A DNA stretch of 62,981 nucleotides, filler included, from Rhizaria sp. SCN 62-66 (Eukaryota): the NCBI GenBank assembly GCA_001724265.1. It is 2 parts of 2 records of this genome, joined end to end, with 100 filler letters (N's around TTAATTAATTAA, not from the genome) between each part and the next. Parts side by side here need not be neighbours in the genome. Positions count along the whole stretch, not along the records: positions 1 to 31,442 come from MEDY01000357.1; 1 more part is not named here. One strand, 5' to 3'. Below the pieces are notes generated by a model. That model saw only the letters and a program-made list of their open reading frames with translations. It was not told where the DNA came from and made no database searches. The position numbers and the translations under genes were made by a program. Positions within the stretch are counted from its first letter, which is position 1. Each line of letters starts with the position of its first letter. This document shows positions 12,229-24,700 of the stretch, one piece after another.

Positions 12229-12942
12229 GAGAAATGATGGGAAATTACATAACCCTAACATGTTAAAACAAGAACTCTTATTGTTGAACCCGAACTTCAC
12301 GCGTTGTGGCGTGGATCTTTGTGAATAATTTGGCTGCATGAAGTTACATGTGCAGGATCAGTAGAGTGGTTTCTACTGCTTCTATGCCACACTACACACG
12401 GATACGGTCATTTATCGGGTATACTTGTCTGTGTATAGAATAGAAAATATGATTTTGATTTGAACGCACATGACACGTGTCACTTAGTTACGCTTGCACA
12501 TCAATGATGCTTATGACTTTAAGTTATCAGAACCAATAGCATTCGGTTTACAAGTATAATATTTAATATGAGTTTGACCGTTGTATACGCCACACAGTTT
12601 ATATGCAGCCAGACAAATAAATGAAGAAGATACCACGACATGTGTATTACCCGTGTGATTTGTGGCTGTACGAGGCGTGACCAACGGGCAAGTCGACTAG
12701 GAAGTGCTGTTCAACTTGCGATGCATATAACTCGATACAATATCGACTGTTCAGGATGCGTACCAAATATGTTTTCGATGTCTACATACTGGGTACTTTA
12801 TTCTTATAAAAACCGAACAGTGGCATGATACAATCTCATAACCCCCTTTGAATTTTGCGACCGAATCTCCCCTCCAGCCACTTCGCTTTCAGTCTCTCCA
12901 AACTTCCTTTGCCCTCCTATATCGGTTATTCTAACATTCACC

Positions 12943-15900
12943 ATGTCATCTGGACTGCGCCGCCGCGCCCGCGGTGCCGATTCCAAAGCGATACTTGCAG
13001 CGCCCACTTCGAATCCTCCCCTTGTCGACCACAGTGACAGCGACAACGACGACAACGACAACAACAATATTGACAACGAGAGTGCCCATGACACAAAGCA
13101 GCGGCAATCTACACCTGCGCTCGTTTTGACAAACACTAACTCTGCGTTTTGCTCCGACCCCTCCCCGCCGCATCTGCCCGCGCTGACCTTCGCCCTCCTG
13201 GCGCTGCCTCCGCGGCTGAACGCGCTGCGCAGCCTCGCGCCCAGCGGCTTCGTCTCGGCGCAACTGCGGCGGCGCGTGTGGCCGCTGCTGCTTGGCGTCA
13301 CCGCCGCCGACCTTGACAGCTCCTTTCCCTGCCCGCGCCACGCTTCCTCGCCCCCCAGCTCTCGCGCTGGCGCTGGTGTCGGCGCTGGGAGTGACGCCGG
13401 CGCAGTGGTTGGCGGCGTGAACGTGTCGCACCGCGACTACGACCAGATCAACAAGGATGTGGCGCGCTCGTTCACCCGCATGCGCCACTGCATGGCCCAG
13501 AGCAATGCCGAGCGCGGCGCCGTTGCGCGCGAGCTGTGGGCCGTGTTTGCGGTCGTCGCGGCGACCGTGCTGAGCAGTCCCCAGGCGCTGGAGCAGCTCG
13601 GCGCAACGGTGGCAACAAAAGCTCAGATTGAAGTTAAGGCGACAAAGACGGCTGTTCAGGCCGAGACCGAGGCGAATCCTGACACCGGCGCTGCGGAGTC
13701 TGACGCGGAGGTTAACAGCCCTTCTAACACTGCGACTGCGGCTGCGGCCGACATCAGCCGGTTTAGCCACCACGCTGCTGTTGCCACCGCTGCTCTTGCT
13801 ATGGATCTGCGCAAGGTGCTTGCTGCTTGGCTGAACACCGCGACTTCGCCCGCTGCACTTACGCGTGCCGAGACAGAGGAGCTACTGCAGCCAAACAGCG
13901 CGTCATCCGCGGCTAACAACGCAGACAACAGCAACGGTTTCGCATCACTGTTACCATGCTATCCGCTGGTGCCGCAGTCGTTCCCTCTGCTGCCGTGGTC
14001 GCAGCTGCGCCTTTGGCGCGACTACAGCATGATCGATCCTGGTACGTGGGCTCTCAAGCGACGTGAAAATTTGCTTTATTTGCATGATTTCGCAGAGTAA
14101 CATGATTTTTTTCACTTTGGTTTGCGTTTCTGTTATGTCGTCTTGCTTGTGTAGGACTTGACACTTTTTCACAGTTGGTCGCGACGGCAGCCGCGGATGT
14201 TGTGACTGCGATCGTGACGAGCGATAGTGAGGGGACGGGCAGCGACTCAATGAAGCAATATCCGTGTACTGTTGAGGCGGCCTGCGAGAAGCTTATCCTC
14301 CTTGCAAACCCTGGTAAGCAGTCAAAATCGAGTTCTTGCCCTGCGTCTGCCATCGCAACATCTCTGCTGTCACACATGTTGTTATCTACTCCTAAAAAAC
14401 GGTCTAATAGTACTACCAAGATTAACGCTGACAAGAGTATGAACCCCAGCTCCAACGCGGATGACGTTTTCGGCTCCATCAATGTCGCTGTGAGTGTCAC
14501 GTACCCTGCTTTTGCTGCCGTTACGGGCCACATTATTTCCCCGTCCTTGTTCCATCGGCGCCAGTCGCTCGCGCGCGTTCTGCATTCGATCTTCTCGGAA
14601 CTGCCGTATTTGAACTATGTGCAGGGGTTCCACGACGTTTGCTCTGTGCTCGTGCTGGTGTGCGAAAACAGCATTAGCAGCACGGACCCTAACCTGACCA
14701 CTTGCAGCCCTGTAACCACAAAGCGCCCCTACTCTGCGCGCACCCTTCAGTCGCTCCAGTCGCCCCCTGTGTGCGACGAGCCCCTCGCCTTCGCCCTCGG
14801 CCGCGCACTCGCTCAGGTACGTTACGTCGACATTCACGGTTGAAACTTGCGCTTCAAACGATATGCCAGTTGTTAATAAGGATTTATTTGCGTCTTGTGT
14901 TTCCTTCTTTGTAGGTTTACCTTCAGGACGCGTTGCAGCCCTCGCTGGACCGGGTGATGGCGACGATGGGCCTTATCGACCCACTTCTCACCCGCGCCGA
15001 CCCCGAGCTCGCCTCGTTCCTGCACTCTGCGCACATGCCGTCCTTCTTCACGCTCAGCTGGCTGCTGACGTGGTTCTCGCACAACATCTCGAAGCTGGAG
15101 GACGTGTGCCGCGTGTTCGACTTCCTGCTCTCGTCGCACCCGCTCATGTCGGTGTACCTGGCAGCGGCGACGATCGTGTACTTCCGCGGGCAGGTGCTGA
15201 CGCTGCCGAACGAGATGCCCTCGGTGCACGCGTTTTTCCAGAACATCGGCGACGACGACGACGACGACGACGATGCTGATGATGAGAACAACTGCAGCAG
15301 CGAGGGCGACTGCGACCAAGATGACTGCGACAACGAGCAAGGCGCTGACTGTGATGCCCACCGCCGCAGCGCTCGAACTCCCAGCACGACCAAACGCCAC
15401 AGCCAGCGCGCCATCGACATCGACTCAGTGATCTCGATTACGCTCGCGCTATGGGAAGGGGCGCCCCCGTACCTCATCGCCTCGACTGCGCCGACGCCGC
15501 TGACCACGTACACCGACTACGTGGGCACGCCGCGCACGCCGCACGCCGACAGCAAGACGGGCGGCGGCGCACCCTCCCAGCCGCTTTCGCTGAGCGCGCC
15601 TGCTGATGCTGGCTCACTGGTCGACAGCGTGGCCACGCCGTTGCACAAGGTGTCTCCGCCGCTGCTGCTGACCGACCCGAGCTAGCCCGCGCTTGCGACA
15701 TGGCTTTCGCGCGTCACCAACGCTAGCGCCACCGTAAACAGCAACGCTACTCCGTCTCAGGCAGTGAACCCTTCGCTCTCTCAGTCTCCGTTGCCGCACT
15801 CTCTGTTGCACTGGCGGCACCCTGTGCGCGACGGCTACAACGCGCGCCTTGCCACTGAGCTCTGGGGTCGCACCGCCGCGATCTCTGCACTCGCGAACGC

Positions 15901-18541
15901 ACTAGGCGACCACAACAACAAAGATATTGCTAAGACTTTGAAGTCGTCAGATTCGATCCTCCCCAGCGGTGTGCCCGATAATGCCCCGCGCCCGTTGCTG
16001 ATGTCGTCGCTGTCTTTGCTGTCGCCGGCGCCTGTTTTAACGCCAGCGCCGGCTTCCGCAGCCGCCCGGGCCGCGGCGGCGCGCGCAGCCGCAGCAGCCG
16101 CAGCCGCCGGCGCAGCGGCCGCCGCGGGCGCCCGCGCTTTGGGCGCCACCCCCGCTGGCGCTGCCACCGCGGCCGCAGCTGCTACGGGTGCCGCGGTTGT
16201 CGCGGCCACGAGTAGCCAGACGGTGAAAGGCAGTCTCAATGCGGACGCGAACAGTAAAGAGGCCGACGTAGCAGCCGCGTACACGCTTGGCGTTGCTCGC
16301 GCGTCTCTGCAAGCGCTTACATTGGCGGCTGGCAACGTGTTGGCTACCCGCCACACCGCCAACACGAACTCCAGCTGGACCAATCGCAATGCGAGCGATA
16401 TTGTGAGCACTAGCTCTCGTGTTGCTGAGGGTTTTGGCGGCGTCTACGGGGGCGTTGGTGTGGCCGCTGTCGTGCCTCCGCTGTACACTCCGCCTTTCAA
16501 CACCATCAACAGTAGCAACAAAGCAAGTCTGGGTGATGGCAGTGGTAACCACGCGGCGAGTGCCGACGATGCCCCTGTGGCGTCACTGCTGTCAGCTCAG
16601 GCGCTTCGGTTGAAGCCGCTGCTCGCTGTGCAAAGTGCTGCCGTTGGCAAAGAGCTGCTCGATACGCTACTTCAAGCTATCTCACTGCACAGCAGCAATG
16701 CGAGCGTGAATGCTAGCATCAGCAGCAGCTGTGCAACGATGAGCGCGATGTCTATGGCAAGCACTGGTCTGCTCGCCGCTCGTGTGCCGCCGGCGCTCGC
16801 CGCAGCGCTTGCTGCCGCCGCTGCAACTGCTGCTGCCGCCAGCGCCGCTGCCACATCCGACAACGAGGAAGACGATGATGCTGACGGAACCGATGCTGAC
16901 CGCGACACGGGCGTTAACAAGTGCAAGCGGAAGAGCAAGAGCAAGAGCAAGCGTAAGAGTCGTTGCTGCGCGTGGGTTAACAAGGCCTGCGCCCGCGCTG
17001 GCCCCGCAACCGTCGCCAGCATAATCGCCTCCAGTTTTACCGCCGTCGACGCCAGCAACAGCACCGCGTGCAGCACTGCTGACGGCAACGTTGTCTCGCT
17101 CGTGCCCGTGCCCGTGTTCCCACACACCGGCGACCTGCGGCCTGCGGCTGTGTTGTTGCCGTGGCAGCGCCAGCGTGCGTCGCTCTGGGCCAGCACTGTC
17201 GCGCGGCTCCGGGCGGCCCGGCATCGGTTCGTCGCGCGGGCGGCGCGGGCTCTGCTGGCCACGCTTGAGTCCACCACGAACGCTAGCGCGAGCAGCAACA
17301 GTGCGGCTAACACTGGCGCGCCTCTGTTGACTCACGTGCCGACTGCCAGTAGCAGCGTTGCGAGCGGAGGCTTCATCGCGCAGAGGGCCCGCGCAGCGGC
17401 GGGGCGGCTGCTGCACTCTGCGACGCTGTGGCTGTGGGGCGGCCGCGCGCAATCGCGCACCGCGGCGCTCGCGAAGGCACGCGACCGCGGGAACAACAAT
17501 GGCAGCGCCGCCAGCGACGCAAGTCCGCGCAGAAACTCCGATGCGATGGGCTATGACGCCTCTGTGTTCCCGACAACAACGAGTACGATTACAACAAGCA
17601 TCGCCCCGAACCAGATCAATGCTAATATTACTGCTGCTCCTGCTGCACCTGTTCAGCGTCCTCTCGTTCACTCTCCGTCCAAGTTTAAGCAGGGCTACTT
17701 CGCCTCTTTTACGAGCCCCTTGGACCCGCGCGTGCCCGCCTTAGCCGCTGCCGCCACCGGGGGCTGGCTCTCGGCCCCGCTCTCCCGCGCGCGAGCCCGC
17801 GACGGCCGCGAGTGGTACCGGTTCGAGATCGCCCTCATTGTTCCCGCCACGGCCGCGGCCGTTGCGCTGGGGCTGAGCGCCGTAGCGGCTGCGACTGCTC
17901 TGAGCAGCAGTGCGACCGAGGTCGCGATTGTGGTGGTCGCAGTGGCGCTGCCCGCAACTGCAGTGCCTGTGGGCGTGTGGATGGGTGCCCTCGAGGCCTG
18001 GGAACGGGCTCGGACGACTGGTCTCAACTGCACCACTGCTTTTAGCCAAAACACTCCAAGGTCGAGCAGTCTTAGCAACTCCAGCGCGAGTGCTGGTCCA
18101 CTCCCGCAAGTCAGTGGCAGTGTGTTGACCGCGTGCGGCGTTCTTTGGGATGAGTCCCCCGCCTCGTTGCTATGGAACCCGGCTGCCGGCGCAGCTGTGC
18201 AGGCACCGTTGCTGCCGTCGGTTTCTCAGCTCCGCTCTGCCAACAACAACAGTGTTGTTCAAGCAAGGCCGGTGATCACGAGTGTTCCTAAGAAGCGCTT
18301 GTTGACAACGCCGAAGGGAATGGTGATCGCCGCCGTCGTCGTCGCCGTGTCGGCAGTTGCGGTTGCTTGGGGCTTGGCGAAGCTCTACAACAACACTCAC
18401 GGTAGCGGGAGCAGTATGAGCTGCAACAGTGCGGAGGTGAGCAGTGGCGTCGGCACTGTTGGCAATGTTATCGCGACGTGTGCTGGTGCTTTGTGCGTTG
18501 ACAACAATAGCAACAATATGGGGAGCAACACGAGTATGTGA
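12943..18541 (+). CDS. TBC1D20: TBC1D20/Gyp8-like Rab GTPase-activating protein, ~1795 aa; exons 12943-14041, 14155-14816, 14915-18541; in-frame TAG at 15683-15685
   Basis: LRRRVWPLLLG, R-finger QINKDVARSF, Q-finger YVQGFHDVC, FTLSWLLTWFSH, RVFDFLLSSHPLMSVYLAA. Introns 14042-14154 and 14817-14914 (GTACGT...AG). ORF 15764..18541 is in frame with 14933..15685 and supplies a C-terminal hydrophobic anchor; ends TGA. Confidence 0.88.
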
Positions 18542-18757
18542 ATGCAATATTTAAGTTTATCAATATTAAGCATTGCTGTCTTGGGCACGCATTCATCAAG
18601 CGACCTTACGATTCTAAACAACACGTTACATGTAGTTTCTCCATTGTATTTTCTCGGGGATTATGAATAAAATCTGTGTATTTTACTTCATGAACTATAT
18701 AAATTGATCTTAATATCGCTATAAAAAAGCTCGATTACTTCACTCTCACTGTTGTTT

Positions 18758-21700
18758 TTACAGTTCAATCCCCATCGAACGCCTGCGCTGCCGCACCTTG
18801 TCGTCGTAGCTGTCAATGAATGCCATCACCGCCTCCTTGCCCTTCTGCTGCCAGAGTGTGTCCCAGGCAACCATCCAGCCGTGCACCAGCACCGCTGGGC
18901 CGCCGAGCCCGACGCCGGTGCCGGGGATGTACTGGCCAGTGGAACCAGACTGCGCGGAGCGAGAGTTCGGGCTGAGACTGGAGCTCGCGTCGTCGTTGCT
19001 ACTGGCACTGTTGTTCTTGGACTCGGGCGCAATAAAGACGGACTTGGTGAGATAAGGGTTCGCAAGCAGCACGTCGGACAACCGCACGAACGGTTGACCT
19101 AGCGCCAGCCACCCGTCTTCGGTCATCAGGAGCTGTCCCGCAGTCCTACTTCTGCTGACGGCGTTGTTGTCGCTCGTGCCCAGGTAGCTACCGTAGCCAC
19201 CGCCAACAGGACCAGCGGAGCTTGTGACAGCTGTAGTTGCACGCGGCAAGGGCGACTCAAAGCCAGCCCCCGGAGTTGCTTGCTCCACGGTTGTCGTCGC
19301 CTTGCCGGTGGCCGGGTCGACGCCGCCCGTATCGTCCGTCGTCACGTCGTCCATGATCCACAGAAGCTTGTTGATGACGCGCCACGGCAGCACCCACGGG
19401 TAGTTGGGGTCAATGTCGCCGCTCTCGTCAATGTTAAACGTGAGGCCACCATCGCCGTCAACCTCCGCACCAGCATTCCAGCGAGGGTACTTGGACCCGT
19501 CGTAGTATATGCCGCCGTCAGAGTCGACGCGGTAATTCGCGCCGTCAGCACCGTTGCCAGTGCCGTCGCCATCTCCGTCGCCGTTGCCCTTGTTTTTATC
19601 ATTGTCATTCGCGGCCAGCAGCGCACGGCGCCGTGCGGCCTCCGCCGCGGCCGCCGCGGCCGCCGCGAGCGCCCCCGCGGCGCGGCGCTGCTCGGCCGAG
19701 AGCAGCGTGCGGTGGCGCGCGCCGTGCAGGCCGTAGCGCGGGTGCGGCGTGAGGCCCCAGACATAGCCGGGGAAGGGCGTGCGCGACCGGAAACGATGCT
19801 CGAGCAGGTCGGCCAGAGACGGGCCGGCCGCGGCGTGGGAGGTGAGCAGTGGACCAGCGGCAGCGGTGACGGGAGTGGTAAGGGCGCGGTTGGTGCGGGT
19901 CGATGGGAGGGCAGAGAAGTTGGCGGGGTGGCTGCTATTGCCAGTGCTGTTGCTGGTCGAGTTGCTAAGCATAGTGCGACGAGAGAGCGGCAAGCCAGGA
20001 ACTGTCACAGGGCTTGCACTTGCAAAAGGTGCATTGCTGTTACTCGTGACACTGGACTCACCAGAAGCAACGTTAGCATCATTAGTGTTGATGATGTTGC
20101 TGCTAAAGGGCACAATGCGCGCATTGCTGTCAACCAGCGGAGGACGAATGAGATGGCTACGGCGGCCGCTGATAGGGCGGCTTAACATCGGAACACCTTG
20201 GCGGCCAAGCTTAGATACAACACCCGGATCGGACGTAGAAGCGACATTTGCAGTCTCCAGGGCTTCAGCATTCTCACTGCTGCTGGTATTCATAGGGCCA
20301 CCGTCAGTCCCCTGTTCGCCGCTTACACCGCCTTCGTCGCTATTCATCGCTTGCTTCTCAGTGATAATATCACGAACACCGTCGACTTCTGCGATGGTGG
20401 CCTTGACGTCAGACTTGTTCACATCGACAGTCTTGTTGTCACATTCTTCATTGTCACTATCAGAATACAAATGCTGCTGTTCTTGCTGCTGCGTCTGCGA
20501 CTCCGCAGTTTCCGTCGCTTGGGACTGCGCCTGAGACTGCGGGTCAGTCTGCGTCTGTGCCTGCGGCTGGGGTTGCACACGGCACCACCAGAACGAGGTC
20601 GGGAACCGCGTGTTGAGCTGGAACTGCGGCGGGGGCCACAGCTGCGGCATCGCCTCGCTCACGACCTCACGGATCAGAGTCTGCACCTGCTCGTTGTTTC
20701 CACTTTGAGCGGTCTTGCCGGAACCCTTGCCCATACCCTTGCCTCCACCAAAGCTGTTGTCGCCGTAAGCGCAGTCTGTCTGCTCATCCGTCTGGTGATA
20801 ACTAGCGCGGCTGCTGCCACGCGCAGAGGGAGGGCGCGGGGCTGCGACCGCGACACCTACGCTACTGCTGCTGCTGCAAGAGGCAACAGCGCCAGCTACT
20901 GACCGGGCAGTCAAGGGCGGCTGCTGCTCACGGACACCCTGAGACTGGATGTGGCCGTGGGCAGCCGAGCCAGGACGGCTGTTGCTGCCATACGCAGCGG
21001 AGCCGGGACGACTGTGGTTGCGCGCTGCGGCAGACCCAGGGCGGACGCGGGCGGATGTGGGGCGCGAATAGTGTCCGCCGAAACCAGCGCCTGAGCCGCC
21101 GCTGTCGGCGTTGGCGTTGTTTGCGACGGAGGCAAATGCAGAGGCGACACCACGCGCGCTGACTCCGCCGTCGTTGTCATAGGCGGCCATGGCCCCATCT
21201 TCTTCCTCGTCGTCTTCGTTGTATATACCTTCATCGCGATTCGAGTTGCTGGACTGGAGATGTGATTGCAAGCGGGATGGAGCTTGCTGGCTATGGCCCT
21301 GGCCGCCAGCGCTACTGTTGGTCTGACGCCGGCCGCGGCGACCGTCGCCGGCGCCGCCGCCACCGCGCGTGCTCAAGTGCGGTGCAAATGTCGGCGTGGT
21401 AGACAAGCGCGCGTGCTCTAGCAGCAGCCGCAACAGCGGGTGTAGCTTCTCTTGCTCTTGCTCAGGCCGTAAAGCTCCAGCAGCGTTCGACCCTGGCCGA
21501 CTGTAACTACGGCTGCTCGTCGGACGAGCGCTCCCGGGACGAGCACTAAGGGGCCTTGCACTTAGTCTGCGGCGAGCGCTCACCGGGCGGCCGTTACTGT
21601 CGTGCATGTGGGCGTTGGGGCTGACTGCAATGCCATCAACGTAATCGACGTACGTCCCGTCAATAATGCCGTTGTTGTCATGGGCGGCGTTAGTGCCAGA

Positions 21701-24700
21701 ATCATTGTCGCCGTCATTACGGTTATGATTCGTCTCGTCGTTGACATCCATGTCTGTGGTGATGTCAGCACCAGCGCCACCACTGACGCCCCCGCCCGCC
21801 TCCTTAATATGAGGCGAGGGGTCGACGCGAACCAACTGCGCCGGCAAACAGCTTCCACTTCCAGGAGCGGCTTCAATCGCACTGGTGTTACTAAAGTCGA
21901 TGACATTCTGTGTGTCAATGCTGTCAGAAGGAAGCGTGGCAGGAAGATCGGCCAGAGGCAGATTACGCAAAAGTGCAGCGCGGAACGCAACAGCGGATGG
22001 GGGGCGGCTAGACTTCACAAAACGACCGTTGCCGCAATTAATATTCTCTGGGTTACCTGTCACCATGTTAGCGTTCTCTAAAGCGCCAGGATTCACCGTA
22101 GCGCCGTGAGCAAACGTCATGTTGCCAGCAGTGTTAGGAGCGGCGTTGTTTGCAGTGTTATTGTTCGCTGTGTGCACTGCAGAGCGCGGACGCAAGGTCG
22201 AGTGCATAAACGAATCAAATGCTGTCTCGCCTTCATCAGCTTGCTCATCAGCATCAGAGCCGGAAACATCGTCAGCGGCCTCATCGCCATCGGCGTCACC
22301 ACTGACTGCAACACATGCGTTGTTGCTGTCGCGGATACCGTCATCGTCAGAAACAACACCATCGGCAGCCGCACGGCTACTGCTCCTCCTACCCTTAGCG
22401 TCCCTTCTAATCACAATGATTCCAGAGGCACTCTTTCTGTTCGTGAGAAGACCCGTATCGTCACTGTCGACAGCGCTTGTGGGAGTGCGCGCAGCGGCGG
22501 TCGAGACAGGCAGGCAGGGCAGACCGGGGAATGAGATATCTGGAGACAGCACCGCCAGCGCGGCAGCGACAGGGCCATGATTGACGGGACTCGTCGTCGC
22601 GTTGCTTGCGCTGGCGCTCGTAGCTGATGCTGTGTTGTTACTCGGAGCGTTCACACTCGCAATAGGGGTCGTATTCGCAACACTCTGAGGATGATGGTAA
22701 GTCGGCTCAGCAAGCGCACTGTTGCTTAAAGCAGTGCCCGCATGCTCAGTTGCAATAATCACACGTTCTTGCTCCTGCTCCTGTTGCGGTATCTCATTCG
22801 TGTTGCCAGTGCTGCCCGACGAGCGAGACCAAAACCGCTGCGGCTGCCGCCAATCGCAACTTCTGCTCGCGCTACCTGCGACGATGCTACCTGTGTCGGT
22901 GTTCTTGATGGTGGGCTGGAGCGGTTGACGCTTCCACTGAAGCTTGTGCTGATGCTTAGCGACGAGCTCGCAGTCACAACCATCCGCGCATCCACATTCC
23001 GAGCAAGGGCTGCCGTTGGCGCCAGCAGCGCGGCGCGCATTCGGCGTCGCGTTGGTGTCGCTGTCACTGTCGTCGCCGGCCGCAAGCCGCGCTGCCTTGC
23101 GGAGCAGAGCGTCTGGCACTGTGACGCGCGCTGCGCCTTCCCAGCGCCATTTGGTCACGTTGCCGCCCGCACTAACATTCACGACAGGGGTACTTACGTT
23201 TCCGACGTTCGCCATGTTAACGTTCTTTTTAAAGGACGCATTCGTGTTGTTGTTCGCAACTGTGATCACCGCGGGCACGCCGGCATTAATGCTGTCTGAG
23301 ACCGTGTTGGCGCCAAGCCCCTTTGTGTTGCGCTGCAGGGCGCTCAACGTGTCGCCAAGCCTCTCACTGAGTGTGCCGCCACTAGTAGTATTGCTATATC
23401 CGGCTGCGTGCTGCGGTTGCTGCAGCAACATGACGGTAACTTGCGCTGAGAGTCCATTGCTCGTGTGGACTTGAGAAGTGACAGCACATCGACTAGAGGA
23501 AACATCAGTGCTTGGGTAGACACGAGCGGTTGAGCGGCGAATCCGAACAGTGGCCCCACCAGCACCAGCAGCTTCACTGTCAGCACTAAGAGTTGCCCGA
23601 GAATGTTCACCAGCCTTCGGAATGGCCGTGTTGCTGGCAGCGTTAGTTGGTGATGTTTGCACAGATATGCTGCCGTCAACATCATCATCGTTTTGAACTT
23701 CGACATCGAGATCGTTTGTGCTGGGCATATTGTCATTCGCGTTGTTCAGAGTGCCAGCAAGATTCATATCAGCCAACATCTGTAGTTGTTGGTGCTGCAC
23801 CTTGCTGACATTGTTGGACGCTGCATCGGTGAAGCCAACCCTTGCAGCTGCAGTCGCAGGCCGCACCCTCGTCTTAGCGCCCACAATCACACTCGCCCCA
23901 GTGTTCGTGCTGGAAACGGCAACCTCATTGTTAGCAGCTGCAGCTGAGCTGGGAACAAGAGCGGTGGTCGAGCTGGCATTCGTACTATTGTCGGTGTTGC
24001 GATCACTGTTGGTGGGCGTTGTCAGCGAGGCGTGCTTCGACAGATAGCGCCTCACCCTCGCCAGCGCGCCCTTGCTGCCGATGATGCCAGCACCAGAACT
24101 GGCTGCCACAGAGACCGGCGCCGTTGAGCCCATTCCAGCTATCGCCGCAGTCGTGGGCGGCTCGGGCCGGAGCTTGGCGCCGTTGAACCAGTTCTGCTGC
24201 TGCCGCTGTTGCTGCTGCCACTGCAGCTCGCGCGCGACGCTGCCGCCGCCGGCCGCGGTGCCGGGCCTCCTGGCCGAGTGGCCGCGCGACGGCGGCTGCG
24301 GCTGGGAGTTGAAGTAGTGGCCCGCCTCAGCCTCGAAGCAACCGTTCGCCTTGGCGCCAGAGACTGCGTGGCCACTTCCACGGCGGCGGTCGGTTAGGCC
24401 TGCAATAAAAGCCTTGAGCTGCGAGCGCCGCTGCTCCTGCCGCTCAGCCTCACTTGGCTGCCTCTGCCGCGGCGGCCCCTGCGTCCGACTTTGTTGCTGT
24501 TGCTCAGCGAGCTCTTGGGGCGCGCGCTGATCTCGCAGCACATTCTCTGGCAACGCCTGTGGCTTAGACGCTTGATCAGCTTCAGCATCAGCTTCAACCT
24601 CAGCAATCGGCTCGGTCATGCTGAGCACGTAAACCGGCGCGGTGATGTACCACTGCAGCCCCACCTTAGCGCCCGCAGCGGCCGCCGCGCTCGCGGGGCC

